Positions 54,025 to 64,000 of a stretch of DNA of 64,000 nucleotides are shown here, in pieces; position 1 is the first letter of the stretch, and every line of letters begins with the position of its first letter. Position numbers and translations under genes: made by a program. The DNA comes from Diplonema japonicum (Eukaryota; Protista; Euglenozoa: Diplonemea), in the NCBI GenBank assembly GCA_964019335.1, contig OZ025720.1, positions 419,989 to 483,988 of the forward strand, in the 5' to 3' direction. Below the pieces are notes generated by a model. That model was not told the DNA's origin, did not search any database, and saw only the letters and a list, made by a program, of their open reading frames with translations.

Positions 54025-55527
54025 ATGTCGCGCGTGATTGCTGGATGTGTCCTGCTGCTCGGGTCCCTCGTCGGGACGGCTGTTGCCCAGACATGCCCCC
54101 TCACCTTCGTGGGGGACGTGAAGCAGTTCGTGGTGGAGCAGGAGAACGGGAAGAACCGCCGGACTGTCCCTGCCGTGGAGAGGGCGATGACAGCGAAGGA
54201 GTTCTACGACTACAGATCTGCGAGCAGCCACACCGGGTTTGAGAGGGAGCGTGTCTCGAACATGTTCCTCTTCAGAGACCTCAACAACCCCACGCACCTG
54301 TCCTTCTTCTGGACCCACGGTATCGACGTCCCTGGGAAGCAGCCCACTGCTGCAGTCGACGCTCTCATGACGGGTATCCCTGAGGGGGTCACCATCGCCC
54401 AGAGGGACGACATTGCGGATGAGTGGGACTGGACCACCCACACCACTCTCGGCAGGATCAACCACCAGAAGGGGCCCAGCGCACCGTTCAGCATCGCCGG
54501 CCATTGGAGCTTCGGCAGGAACACCGACGGCGGTGCCATCGAAGGGCTTCCCACGAACCTGAACTGGAAGCTGAAGATGGAGACCGCCTTCATCCAGGGG
54601 ATCAACACCTGGTCCTTCCACTTCGGCGACGGGTCCACGGCACAGAACATGGACCCTGCTGAGCCTGTGTACCTGCACCCTGTGGTAACCTCTGTGGACA
54701 CCGGTGTCGCCCCCTACCCCCAGACAGCGGGGAAGGAGACCTTCTGCACCCTCGTGGAGTCGGACAATCAGGGTGAGATGCTGACCTTCACCTTCAAGTG
54801 GGGTGACGAGACCCCCGACACCGTTGTGACAAAGGCTGCTGGGAGCCTTGCCTGTGCGGAGCACGACTTCTGCGGTCTCGTGTCGGCGACCTGTGGCGGG
54901 ACTGCTCCCCGCAAGGTGCGTGTGTTGGTGTCGAGGCCCGCCGGTGGGTGCAGCCCCGTCGACAAGATCCTTGCGGACGAAGATGTGGACGATGTGAGCT
55001 GCACCACCCCTGAGACGGAGGTGATCGTGGGTGGGACCGCCGTCCCTCCAATCGATGTGAACGGGATGGAGTCCTTCAGCAACAGCGAGGCGGTGCTGAC
55101 GATGATCCCCGAGAACATGAGGGACTTGCAGGTGCACACCCCTGCTGGACCCGTGGCGAAGGGGACCTCCATGAAGCTCAGCTGCTGTGGGACGGAGGCG
55201 TGCGAGTTCATCCTGTCGCACTACCACTGCCCTCCGTGCTCGGGGAAGGTGAACGGTGGCTTCCCCGCCCTGCTCCCTGTGTATGGGTTCGAGTCGGCCT
55301 CCTGCGCTCCCAAGTGGGGGTTGACGGGGCAGAGGATGGTGTCGTACAAGGTACAGGTGGAGGCAGGGGGCTCGCTGCTCCTTCCTCCGACCACCGAGGA
55401 GGCCACCTCCTTCGTGATCTTCAGCAAAGTTGGTGGGCTGGCAGACCCGTGGTGCCCGAAACCGACGAGGGCTGGGTGCGGCGGTCCCTGCCCCCCTTCC
55501 AAGTGCGAATGTTTGGCCAACCCGTGA
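54025..55527 (+). CDS. Secreted protein of unknown function, PKD-like motif and Cys-rich C-terminal domain
   Basis: Signal peptide, high GC3, intronless; FTFKWGD/FHFGDG motifs; C-terminal YHCPPCS...NGG...SCAP...WC...CPPSKCEC. Confidence 0.8.
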   Translation: MSRVIAGCVLLLGSLVGTAVAQTCPLTFVGDVKQFVVEQENGKNRRTVPAVERAMTAKEFYDYRSASSHTGFERERVSNMFLFRDLNNPTHLSFFWTHGIDVPGKQPTAAVDALMTGIPEGVTIAQRDDIADEWDWTTHTTLGRINHQKGPSAPFSIAGHWSFGRNTDGGAIEGLPTNLNWKLKMETAFIQGINTWSFHFGDGSTAQNMDPAEPVYLHPVVTSVDTGVAPYPQTAGKETFCTLVESDNQGEMLTFTFKWGDETPDTVVTKAAGSLACAEHDFCGLVSATCGGTAPRKVRVLVSRPAGGCSPVDKILADEDVDDVSCTTPETEVIVGGTAVPPIDVNGMESFSNSEAVLTMIPENMRDLQVHTPAGPVAKGTSMKLSCCGTEACEFILSHYHCPPCSGKVNGGFPALLPVYGFESASCAPKWGLTGQRMVSYKVQVEAGGSLLLPPTTEEATSFVIFSKVGGLADPWCPKPTRAGCGGPCPPSKCECLANP

Positions 55528-56372
55528 TGACGGCCGAAAAAAAAAAAAAAAAACCCCAAAAACAAAAAACAAAAAATACCTCCCCCCCCCCAACCTTTTC
55601 AAAACAAAAATAAAGCACCTGTTCTATTTGTTTTTTTCCGGGTAGCAGGAAACAACCCCCATCATAAGTTTTGCACGCTACCGCGGTGGGCGCTTCGTTT
55701 CCTATCACAGTGAACTTTTTCTTCTTTCTCACTCGTATTTCACTTTTTTATTCTTCTTCCTTCATCTTCTTCTTCCTTTCCTATTCCTTTCCTGCCGTCC
55801 CTTCTTCGTTCGAAACCGGGTTAAAAAAAAAGATTCAGCCAGTGCAGTTTTTTTTTCTTTTTTTTTTCTCCCGATGAAAAAGAAGTAGGGGAAAAGAAGA
55901 AGAAAGAAGAAAAAAAAAAAAAAAAAAAAAAAGCCCTCGTCAAAAAAAAAAGAAAGAAGCGAAGTTCTTCTTCTTGCTCTCTTTTTTTTTTTACTTTGAA
56001 GAGTCCTTTACTATAAGCTTTTCTATTCTCTCCCCCCCTACTAAAAAAAAAAACGTTATTAAACAAAAGACGACAATCTAGTCTTTTTTTTTTTCCAATT
56101 TATTTTTTTTCTTTCTATTCCCCCACCTTATTTTAGCAATCACCGAAGTCTGCGATGTGTTGGCTTTGTTGCATGGGTTCAAGATACTTTTACGACAAAA
56201 AAATAGAAACACTTTGTTGTTTTAGTTATCTACAAAGAATAGTTGTGCAACAATTCGTTACAAGCTGCCCCCCCTTTTTTTCTTCTTTTTCTTCTCCCTC
56301 CCCTTCTTCTTTTCTGTAGAGTTAAAAAAGAAGGAGGTGAAAAAAAAAGAAGAAGAAATTGCGCATGAAACA

Positions 56373-56409
<37 letters not shown>

Positions 56410-57105
56410 AAAAAGAATGCATGGTTTTTTATTTTGTTTTTATTTATTTTTTTATTACCTGAATTTATCAGAGAAACTGAAAGAATATTTGAATAATACT
56501 GTGATGGGGGGATCCCCCCCCCCCCCTTTTTCACTACAGTAGGAAAAAACATAAAAAAATAAAAAAATAAAAAAAAGACCAAGCTTCTTTTTGTTTTCTT
56601 CTTGTTTTCTCACCAACACGGCCATCCTGGGGTAATTCACTTAGAAATACCCCCCCCAAAAAAAGCCGAAACTTCACTCCTTTTAATTCTATATTTGTCT
56701 TTCTTTGAATATCTTTCATTTTTTCTTTTTTAATACTGCAATGACATAACAGCATTTTTCCCCATCATCGTGAAAATGAAAGATATTCTAATTCCCCCTC
56801 CCTCCCCTCCCCTCCCCCTCCGCGTTTTTCTTGATCGCGACGATGGGCATGTGAAACGAAACTACTGTCACCATCCTTCCTCTCTGTTTGACAATTGCTG
56901 TTCTTTTTTCTTCTTTCTTTCTTTTTTTGCTTGCTTGTTGACAGTGAAGTCAAGTATTTCTGTATTTCTTTTGTTTTTCAAGGGCTGTCCTCCCGTGGGG
57001 CTTGTCCTTTCCGTACCTTCACTCTTGTTGCACCAACCACCACCAGGTTTATACACCCACAAAAAAAAAAACAAAGACAAAAAGAAGAAGAAAAAAAGAC
57101 AAAAG

Positions 57106-58752
57106 ATGCATACTTCGGTGCTAGCGCTAGTCCTGAGCCTAGCGGGCGGGGCAGCAGCAGCGGAAAAGTGCACCGACCTGCGACTCTCCGGCGGGGGGAT
57201 CTGGGTGGACAAACCTTACGAGACTGGTTGTGACTGGTACGGTGCAGTGGCGCAGCGCTGCGGGTGGTACGGCTCTCGCTACCGGAACGAACACGTGGCG
57301 AACGAGGCGTGCTGCGTGTGCGGCGGGGGGAAGACCTCAAACGAGACCGATGTGCCGGCGACGCCCAGTCCGCCCACCGATGCGCCGGCGACACCCAGCC
57401 CCCCCACCAGGTGCGGGCCGCGTGTGAGGAAGGGGTGGTCCATGCTGTCGTGCACGGAGAGGGAGCACTTCATCGAGGCAGTGCGGACGCTGCACTCCGA
57501 GAATACCACAGACTACCACGACCTGTCGCAGCTGCACAGGAACAACGGAAGGTACGCGCACGGGACTTCTGCCTTCCTCCCCTGGCACCGCTGGTTCCTG
57601 GTCGGCTACGAGAACGCCCTGCGCTCCCTCCCCGGGTTCGAGTGCATGACGGTCCCGTACTGGGACTGGGAGAGGGACGACGCGGAGGAGCGCTTCAGCA
57701 CAACCTTCAGGGCGAAGACATTCGGAACGAGGAGCGGTGTGGGGGGCTGGCCCAACAACTGCGTGACGGAGGGAGTGGCGGCGGGGTGGACGGCATCGGA
57801 CGGGGAGTGCCTGTCCAGGAACTGGGGCAGGGCTGGGTTCGCAGGGGCGATGGAGATCTCGGCGATCATCACCTCGAACGCGGCCTTCCGGAACTTCCGC
57901 CCCGTCTTGGAGGGGAACCCGCACGCCGCCCCGCACATCTACGTAAGCGGCCACATGGGGTCGTACCTGAGCCCCGACGACCCGCTCTTCTTCGTGCACC
58001 ACGCGAACGTGGACAGGATATGGGCCCTGTGGCAGGACTACCACGGCTACGACGAGGTCCCGAAGGACGCCCTCAACGAGACCATCTACTTCTCCGCGTC
58101 GTCCGCTGAGGACATGAGCCTGGAGGGGACGTTGCCCTTCACCGTGGACGGGAGCAGGATCCCCAACTTCTTCCAGGACCACCCCGCCACCATCCGCGAC
58201 ATGCACAGCATAACAGACCTCCCATACGGTGCGAGCTACACCTACGGCACGGACACCCTTGCAGACCTCATCGGGAGCCCCTTGAGGGGGAGCTGGGACC
58301 TCGTTGTTCCCGGGACGGCCCCGAAGCTGACGTGCTGCGGGGACGGGACGGTGGACACTGCGGAGATGGGGGGTGCCGAGGAGTGCGACGACGGGAACAC
58401 TGTTGATGGGGATGGCTGTTCCTCCACCTGTGTGAGCGAGGGGGGAGCTTCCAGGGAGGGGGTTGTTCTCAACAACAACAAGAACAACAAGAACAACAAG
58501 GAGGGCAATTCCCGCGCAGCGTTCAAGGAGCACTTCCTCTCAGACAAGAACCTCGAGTTGATGTTCGACGAGGCAGACGCGACGAGGGAGAAGGAGGGGG
58601 AGAGCCAGTCTGATATGTTTAAAGACCTTGCGCAGGAGGAATGCCACAGACACTCCACCGGCCAGGACCAGATCCCCGACTCTTTCATCTCCATGATGAG
58701 GGCACCGGTCTCCGCACGTGGTCTGTACAAGCCTTGCGGTTCCTTGAAGTAG
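57106..58752 (+). CDS. Secreted tyrosinase (type-3 copper) with N-terminal Cys-rich module and DUF4215-like CGDG..EECDDGN repeat
   Basis: Signal peptide MHTSVLALV; CuA H...AH...FLPWHR; PYWDW; CuB PHAAPH...SPDDPLFFVHHANVDRIW. Confidence 0.92.
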   Translation: MHTSVLALVLSLAGGAAAAEKCTDLRLSGGGIWVDKPYETGCDWYGAVAQRCGWYGSRYRNEHVANEACCVCGGGKTSNETDVPATPSPPTDAPATPSPPTRCGPRVRKGWSMLSCTEREHFIEAVRTLHSENTTDYHDLSQLHRNNGRYAHGTSAFLPWHRWFLVGYENALRSLPGFECMTVPYWDWERDDAEERFSTTFRAKTFGTRSGVGGWPNNCVTEGVAAGWTASDGECLSRNWGRAGFAGAMEISAIITSNAAFRNFRPVLEGNPHAAPHIYVSGHMGSYLSPDDPLFFVHHANVDRIWALWQDYHGYDEVPKDALNETIYFSASSAEDMSLEGTLPFTVDGSRIPNFFQDHPATIRDMHSITDLPYGASYTYGTDTLADLIGSPLRGSWDLVVPGTAPKLTCCGDGTVDTAEMGGAEECDDGNTVDGDGCSSTCVSEGGASREGVVLNNNKNNKNNKEGNSRAAFKEHFLSDKNLELMFDEADATREKEGESQSDMFKDLAQEECHRHSTGQDQIPDSFISMMRAPVSARGLYKPCGSLK

Positions 58753-60122
58753 AGAGAGGCACAAAGAAAACAATCACCCCCCCCCTCCCCCTCCGCTTTC
58801 CTTTCTTGCAGGGTTTTTTATTTTATTTTTTCCCCTACTAAAAAATCTGTTTTTTCAAAAAAAAAAAGAAACCATATCTTAATTCCTAGTGCATATTGGG
58901 CCGAGTAGAGAAAGAAAAGGGGGAAGAAAAAGAAAAGCACAAAAAGAAACTAATTTGCAGTTTTCTTTTTGTTCTTTTTTTTTTTTATTCTCAAGCTTTA
59001 TTCTCTATACTTGTTGCAAAAGAAATGCATTATGTCGTAAAGGTATTTTTTCACTCCCTTTCCCCCCTTCGTTTCCCACCTTATTATTATTATTATTCCT
59101 TGCGGAATGGTATTCAAAAAAAAAAGAAAAAAAAAAAAAGAAGGAGAGAGAGAGAGAAAAAAAAAAAGAAGGAAAGAAAGAAAACCTGGAGTACGGATCG
59201 TTACAATCCTTCAGTTTATCGCTTATCTTTTCATCATCAGGTGTTTCTCTCTCTCTCTCTCATTTCTTTTTCTGTTCTTTTAAATTCATTTTTTTCTTCA
59301 ATTCATGTTCATTTTTGTAGAGTTGGTTTTTGGGACTCCTTTTATTTTTTCCCTAAATTTTTCCCCCTCGCGACTCTCTGCCCTATTGTGCTCCGAGCAG
59401 TTGCTTAAGAAGTTATGTTTCTTAGCAGTTGCGAGGTCACAACAGAGAAAAGCGTTTGCGAAAGATAGAAAGAAAAAAAAGAAAGTTGACATATCCCTTT
59501 TGCTAATTGCTGCTCTACTCTTTTCTTCTTTTTTTTTATGACCCTTTTCATGTCATGGTAGCACCGCTTAGCGATGAGCTTTCTCTGTGATCCCTCTCTT
59601 ATGGGACCCCACAGGGACCAGGCTAGCATTGTGTCACACACATGGATAAAAAAAAAGAAAACTGGTCTTTTCTTCTTCTTTTTCCTTTCTTCCCTCCCCT
59701 TTAAATATTTATTGCATCAACAAAGATCTAAACTGCGAGTATGAAGGGCTGCTTGTTGCGCTGGTGGGGGGGAGGGCACTGCCCCGGCTGCTCCTTCGAA
59801 GAAGGCATCTCAATCTTTCATAACGTGAATGTTCTCACTCTTCTTCTTTTTTTTTTTTTTGCCTTCTGCAGGACTGCCTGGCATCTCCACAGCAAGGTAA
59901 GCCTGGATTCAGAAATACAGTTATCTTCTCGTCTTTTTTTTTTTTTTTTTTTTTTTATCATTCTTTCCTTTACTTTCATATTGTAGAGGCGCTCAGAGTG
60001 AAAAAAAAAAAAGAAAAAAAAATAAAATTCCTCCCATTTTTTTTTTTTTTGTTGTTCATATAAATGGTTGTTTGAATCCCCCCCAACAGGTTTTTTATAC
60101 ACACGAAAAAAAGAAAAGAATA

Positions 60123-61637
60123 ATGAAGACACTAAAGATGCTTGGGTTGATGCTGCTTGCGGCAGGGGCGGCAGGGCAATCAGTGGCAGACTGCCAACGC
60201 TGCATCAACAGGAACGAGCCTTGCTACAAATCCGGGTGGGCAGAGCCGTGCTACCCTGGCGGGGGCAGCGCAAGCGTGTGCACGTCGAACCAGGCGACGT
60301 GGTGCCCGTCGATGGGGGGCACGGTGCCGGCACCCCCTCCGACGCCGACGCCCCCGACCCCTCCGCCCGGACCGTCGGCGCAGGCGGAGGAGGACAGCAG
60401 GATGATCGCCTACGTCGGGAACTGGCAGGCGTGCCCCACGGATGCGCAGATGAACGCCTACACGCACGTGCTCGTGTCGTTCGCGGTGACCTACACGTGG
60501 AACCCCGGGAAGAACACCTGCAACCAGCAGTGCCAGATCTCGTCGCCCGTGCCGGTGTGTGGGAACGCCCCGCAGCCGGCGCTCGTGCAGAAGTGGAGGG
60601 CAGCGGGGAAGAAGGTGATTCTGTCCTTCGGGGGCGCCGGGATGGGGGGCTCTTGGGACGGGCTGGACGACTGCTGGGAGTACTGCTACGGGAAGGAGGA
60701 CTTCGTGATCCAGCAGCTGGTGGAGATCGCGAGGGACCAGAACTTCGACGGGGTGGACATCGACTACGAGTACTACTACGAGAACGGGCAGAGGGGGTCC
60801 TCCTTCGCGAAGGGGGCGCAGGCACAGAAGTTCCTGAGGGACGTGACGGTCGGGCTGAGGCAGAGCCTCCCCTCCGGGAGCGAGGTCTCGCACGCCCCGA
60901 TGGACATCGACATGAAGCAGGGGACCGGCTACTACAACGTCATCAAGGAGGTGGCGAGCTCCATGGACTTCATCATGCCACAGTACTACAACGGGGTGAC
61001 GCGCCCCAACTCGGACGGGATCAACGGTGGGGTGCATGAGTCCGCCCTGGCGCACTACAAGACCCTTGTGACGGACTGCTTCGGGAACGACCCCACGAAG
61101 GTGGTCTTCGGCTTCTGCATCAGCGACTGCGGGGGCACCGGTTCCAACAGCAATGCGCAGCAGGCCATCAGCGTGATGGAGGACCTGAACAAGGAGTACG
61201 CCTGCAACGGGGGGGCCTTCTTCTGGGTTGCCGCCCACGACGGGAACGGGGCCTGGTCCCAGGCAGTCTCCGCCACCGTCACTCCTTCCAGGGGGTGCAG
61301 CCACGGGAACAATCCCCCTCCTGCTTCCACCCCGATGCCTACTCCGATGCCGACCCCGATGCCTACCCCTCAGCCCGACACCACTGTTCGCACCCCTGCC
61401 CCTACTCCGATGCCTACCCCTCAGCCCACCCCCGCTCCCACTCCTCAGCCCGCTGTCTCCACACCGGTCCCCACTTCGGACGCCAGCTGTGCCCGCAGGA
61501 TCGGTGCATGGGGTGGGTGCCTCTCGGACCCTAACTGCTGTGAGGCTGGGCTGTCGTGCTACCAGCAGAACCAGTGGTGGGCCAGGTGCCTGTCTGTTTG
61601 CCACTACGCACCCGAGTGTGTGAAGATCGGCAACTAG
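60123..61637 (+). CDS. Secreted GH18 chitinase-like protein with PT linker and C-terminal CBM1-like module
   Basis: Signal peptide; ILSFGG; FDGVDIDYE (DxDxE); PQYYN; PTPMPTP linker; C..GLSCYQQNQWWARCL. Confidence 0.9.
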   Translation: MKTLKMLGLMLLAAGAAGQSVADCQRCINRNEPCYKSGWAEPCYPGGGSASVCTSNQATWCPSMGGTVPAPPPTPTPPTPPPGPSAQAEEDSRMIAYVGNWQACPTDAQMNAYTHVLVSFAVTYTWNPGKNTCNQQCQISSPVPVCGNAPQPALVQKWRAAGKKVILSFGGAGMGGSWDGLDDCWEYCYGKEDFVIQQLVEIARDQNFDGVDIDYEYYYENGQRGSSFAKGAQAQKFLRDVTVGLRQSLPSGSEVSHAPMDIDMKQGTGYYNVIKEVASSMDFIMPQYYNGVTRPNSDGINGGVHESALAHYKTLVTDCFGNDPTKVVFGFCISDCGGTGSNSNAQQAISVMEDLNKEYACNGGAFFWVAAHDGNGAWSQAVSATVTPSRGCSHGNNPPPASTPMPTPMPTPMPTPQPDTTVRTPAPTPMPTPQPTPAPTPQPAVSTPVPTSDASCARRIGAWGGCLSDPNCCEAGLSCYQQNQWWARCLSVCHYAPECVKIGN

Positions 61638-62019
61638 GCTACACTCACGATAAATAAATACACGATGTGAGAAAAAGGAGGGGTTCTCTCTTATTTAAAA
61701 AAGAATTTTTTTTTTGAATTATTACCTTTTGATTCTTGAATTATTTTTGTGTCCCATTTGTGGTAAATGTTTTCTGACCAAAGCGGCTAGGAAGAGCAGG
61801 ATGTGTAAGGTGATGACACTTGTCCCTTCCCTGAACACCACTCTTTTCAAAAAAAAAAAAAAAAAAAAAAAAAAGCCGAAAGAACTTTGGACCTTTGACC
61901 TCCGGTTTCAAACCTCTCCCTCTCCCTCTCTCTTTTTTTTTTAAAGCAAATTATTTTTTTTCTTTGGTGGGTCGTAGCCAACATATTTCTCGTTCCATCA
62001 TATTTTTTCTTGTTTTCTT

Positions 62020-62064
<45 letters not shown>

Positions 62065-62341
62065 AGATACATAGAGACGAAGGAGGGGCGTTCCAAACAA
62101 GAACCTCCTTTATCTCATCTTTTTATTTCCTTTTTGTATCACGGGCTTCACTTTTTATAAAGGTACCTCCAAAATAATATTTTCAAAGGTCCTACACGAA
62201 GTCCATCCACCTGATACTCTTCTTCATATGACTATTTTCTTCAAGATTGATTTTTTATTTATTTACTTAGTTACTTTCTTTTGTCTGATAAATATTCCAC
62301 ACAGGTTTATTTTTCTATTTATTTAAACACTCTTCTTGAAA

Positions 62342-62468
62342 ATGTCACGCGTGATTGCTGGATGTGTCCTGCTGCTCGGGTCCCTCGTCGGGACGGCTGT
62401 TGCCCAGACATGCCCCCTCACCTTCGTGGGGGACGTGAAGCAGTTCGTGGTGGAGCAGGAGAACGGGA
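62342..62468 (+). pseudogene. Truncated duplicate of the first 127 nt of the 54025 gene
   Basis: Near-identical to 54025-54151, then abruptly diverges. Confidence 0.9.
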
Positions 62469-62830
62469 CCAAAACTGCAACAACTTCATTTACCGCATCT
62501 AGGTGATGGATGGAAGGGTCGAAGGAAAGAATAGGAGCTGCAAGCACCTCCTTCTGGAATGCAACAATACATAAACTGGATAAAGCAGCGGTCGAAGTGG
62601 GCAGGGATGAGATTTTAGCATGTTAAAAGCAGTTCGTGTACATGCCCTTATAGAAGAGCCCTTTATATATACAATCATTGTTAACGTGATCCAAACTAGC
62701 TTACTTTTTCATTCTCAAGTCCCCCCCCCAAAAAAAAGAAGAAAAGTTTTTTTTTTTTTGAAGTGGAACCATCTCGGTCGACAGTCTCGGTTTGTTTTTT
62801 TTTTTTGTCTCTCTTTTTGTTTTGTTTTTA

Positions 62831-63097
62831 TGTACTTTATTGGTCGTTCGTGTTCTGCTGGTGCCTGCCGCCTCTGCCTGGGCTTGCCGCTGCGTCCGTC
62901 GTCCGTCGTCGCCGTCGTCCGAGGGGGTTGTTTTGCCCGTCGGCCTGCCCGCCGCTCAACGAAAGGATCCCCTGGGTCCTCTGGTCCCCCCCCCCACCAT
63001 AGGAAGATGTGAAACATTTTTTTTTTCTCAGAAAAAAAAGGGGAAAATAAAAGAATAGGGAACAGGGGCTACCAACGATTCTAAAGCTACAGTTTCT
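62831..63097 (+). other. Circularly permuted spliced-leader-containing unit (SL nt ~28-39, body, SL nt ~2-28)
   Basis: tgtactttattg at 62831-62842 and accaacgattctaaagctacagtttct at 63071-63097 together rebuild a euglenozoan/diplonemid-type 39-nt SL exon. Confidence 0.75.
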
Positions 63098-63402
63098 TTT
63101 GTGTGGAGGGTGGCTACATCTATCTGAAGGGTACGGGGGCGGATGGCACCGTGGTCGAAGCCAACATATGCAGGGGTGAGCTCAAGGGGATGACCGGGCC
63201 CCAGTTCAAGTTCTTGGCGGAGCACAGGTTGATGGAAGAGCTGGGGAGCGACGACCTGGTGCGGGACACGGTCAAGGTGCGCAACAAGGAGAACTGGGCC
63301 CCGGTGAACAGTGCGGTGGCTTGGCTGCAGCTCGAGTCGGGGAGGGCACGGGTGGGGCCCATACCCCACAAGAAGAGGTCCAAAGGCTCGCTGGCCAGAT
63401 AG
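63098..63402 (+). pseudogene. 5'-truncated GC-rich coding fragment, unknown product
   Basis: High-GC3 frame VEGGYIYLKG...KGSLAR* without ATG, directly after the SL 5' half. Its downstream tail (63423-63524) repeats 62981-63072. Confidence 0.5.
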
Positions 63403-63965
63403 GCCAGCGGGGGTGTGGGGGGCTGGTCTCCCCCCCCCCGCCATAGGAAGATGTGAAACTTTTTTTTTTTTTTTCTGAGAAAAAAAAAAAAGGGAAAAAT
63501 AAAAGAATAGGGATCAGGTGCTACAACGGCCAGGCTAGATAGAACCACTTAGATTTTTTTTTTTTTTTCCTTTTTTTTTTTTTTTTTTTTTTTATTTTTC
63601 TGTTTTTCTTTTTCTTTTTCTTTTTGAAGTGGAACCATCTCGGTCGACGTTTTTTTTTTTTTTTTTCTTTTTTCTTTTGTGGTGATGTGTTTTTCCTGTT
63701 TTTGATTTTCTTCTTCCCCCGCTCTATGCTTTTTCGCATGGACATTGGTCACTCTGCCCCTTTCCCCTTTTTTGATTCTCCCTCTTTCCCCCTCCTAAAT
63801 TTTACCCCCTGCCCCACTCATTCCTCCCTAGTATGTTTTTGAATTTGCCTCTTCTTCTTTTAAGCCTTTTTTGAGATTTTTATTTTTGAATTTTTATCAT
63901 TTGGAGTTGCTTCTTCTTCTTCCCCTCTCCCTCCCATAAAGAAAAAGAGAAACCCATGCCTTCCT

Positions 63966-64000
63966 CCCGCAAACCCGCAAACCCGCAAACCCGCAAACCC
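63966..64000. repeat. (CCCGCAAA)n microsatellite running off the window
   Basis: Four-plus perfect 8-bp units to the window end. Confidence 0.9.

Noticed and set aside
3089-58752. Apparent melanin module (LRMDA-like, Cu-ATPase, tyrosinase in one window)
   Set aside because: The genes are tens of kb apart, in different transcription units and among unrelated genes, so coincidence is more likely.
53998-61604. Long antisense ORFs (e.g. 53998-55602, 57337-58533, 60180-61604; also 9701-10948)
   Set aside because: These are shadows of GC3-rich genes on the opposite strand and show no motifs of their own.
62831-63030. Intact SL RNA gene
   Set aside because: The exon is split and permuted, the putative donor is GTCGTT, and no Sm-site-like motif was recognised.

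Overview
Eukaryotic nuclear DNA, most likely from a diplonemid (Euglenozoa). This assignment rests on a spliced-leader (SL)-like sequence at 62.8-63.1 kb, a long unidirectional gene cluster and short GT-AG cis introns. Positions 1-41.6 kb hold about 23 tightly packed genes and one pseudogene, all on the minus strand: RRM-CCCH, LRMDA-like LRR, STE kinase, NT-C2/Dilute, FYVE, TTC29-like, KLHDC4-like, P1B Cu-ATPase, metallophosphoesterase, EF-hand/WD40, TMEM17-like, Smr and several hypotheticals. Many are split by 32-60 nt introns that are A/purine-rich instead of polypyrimidine-rich. Positions 41.7-53.3 kb form a divergent strand-switch region free of host genes. It is packed with nested non-autonomous TIR elements, a repeat family and a gag-YR-RT/RNaseH tyrosine-recombinase retrotransposon (VIPER/TATE-like) with split direct repeats and a solo repeat. 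Positions 54-61.6 kb carry three intronless, GC-rich, secreted plus-strand genes (unknown PKD-like protein, tyrosinase, GH18 chitinase with CBM1-like module), which form the only complete copy of an ~8.3 kb tandem unit. The most unusual signal is a circularly permuted SL exon at 62831-63097: SL 3' half, then a 228-nt body, then the SL 5' half. All family assignments are from motif recognition by eye; no searches were run.
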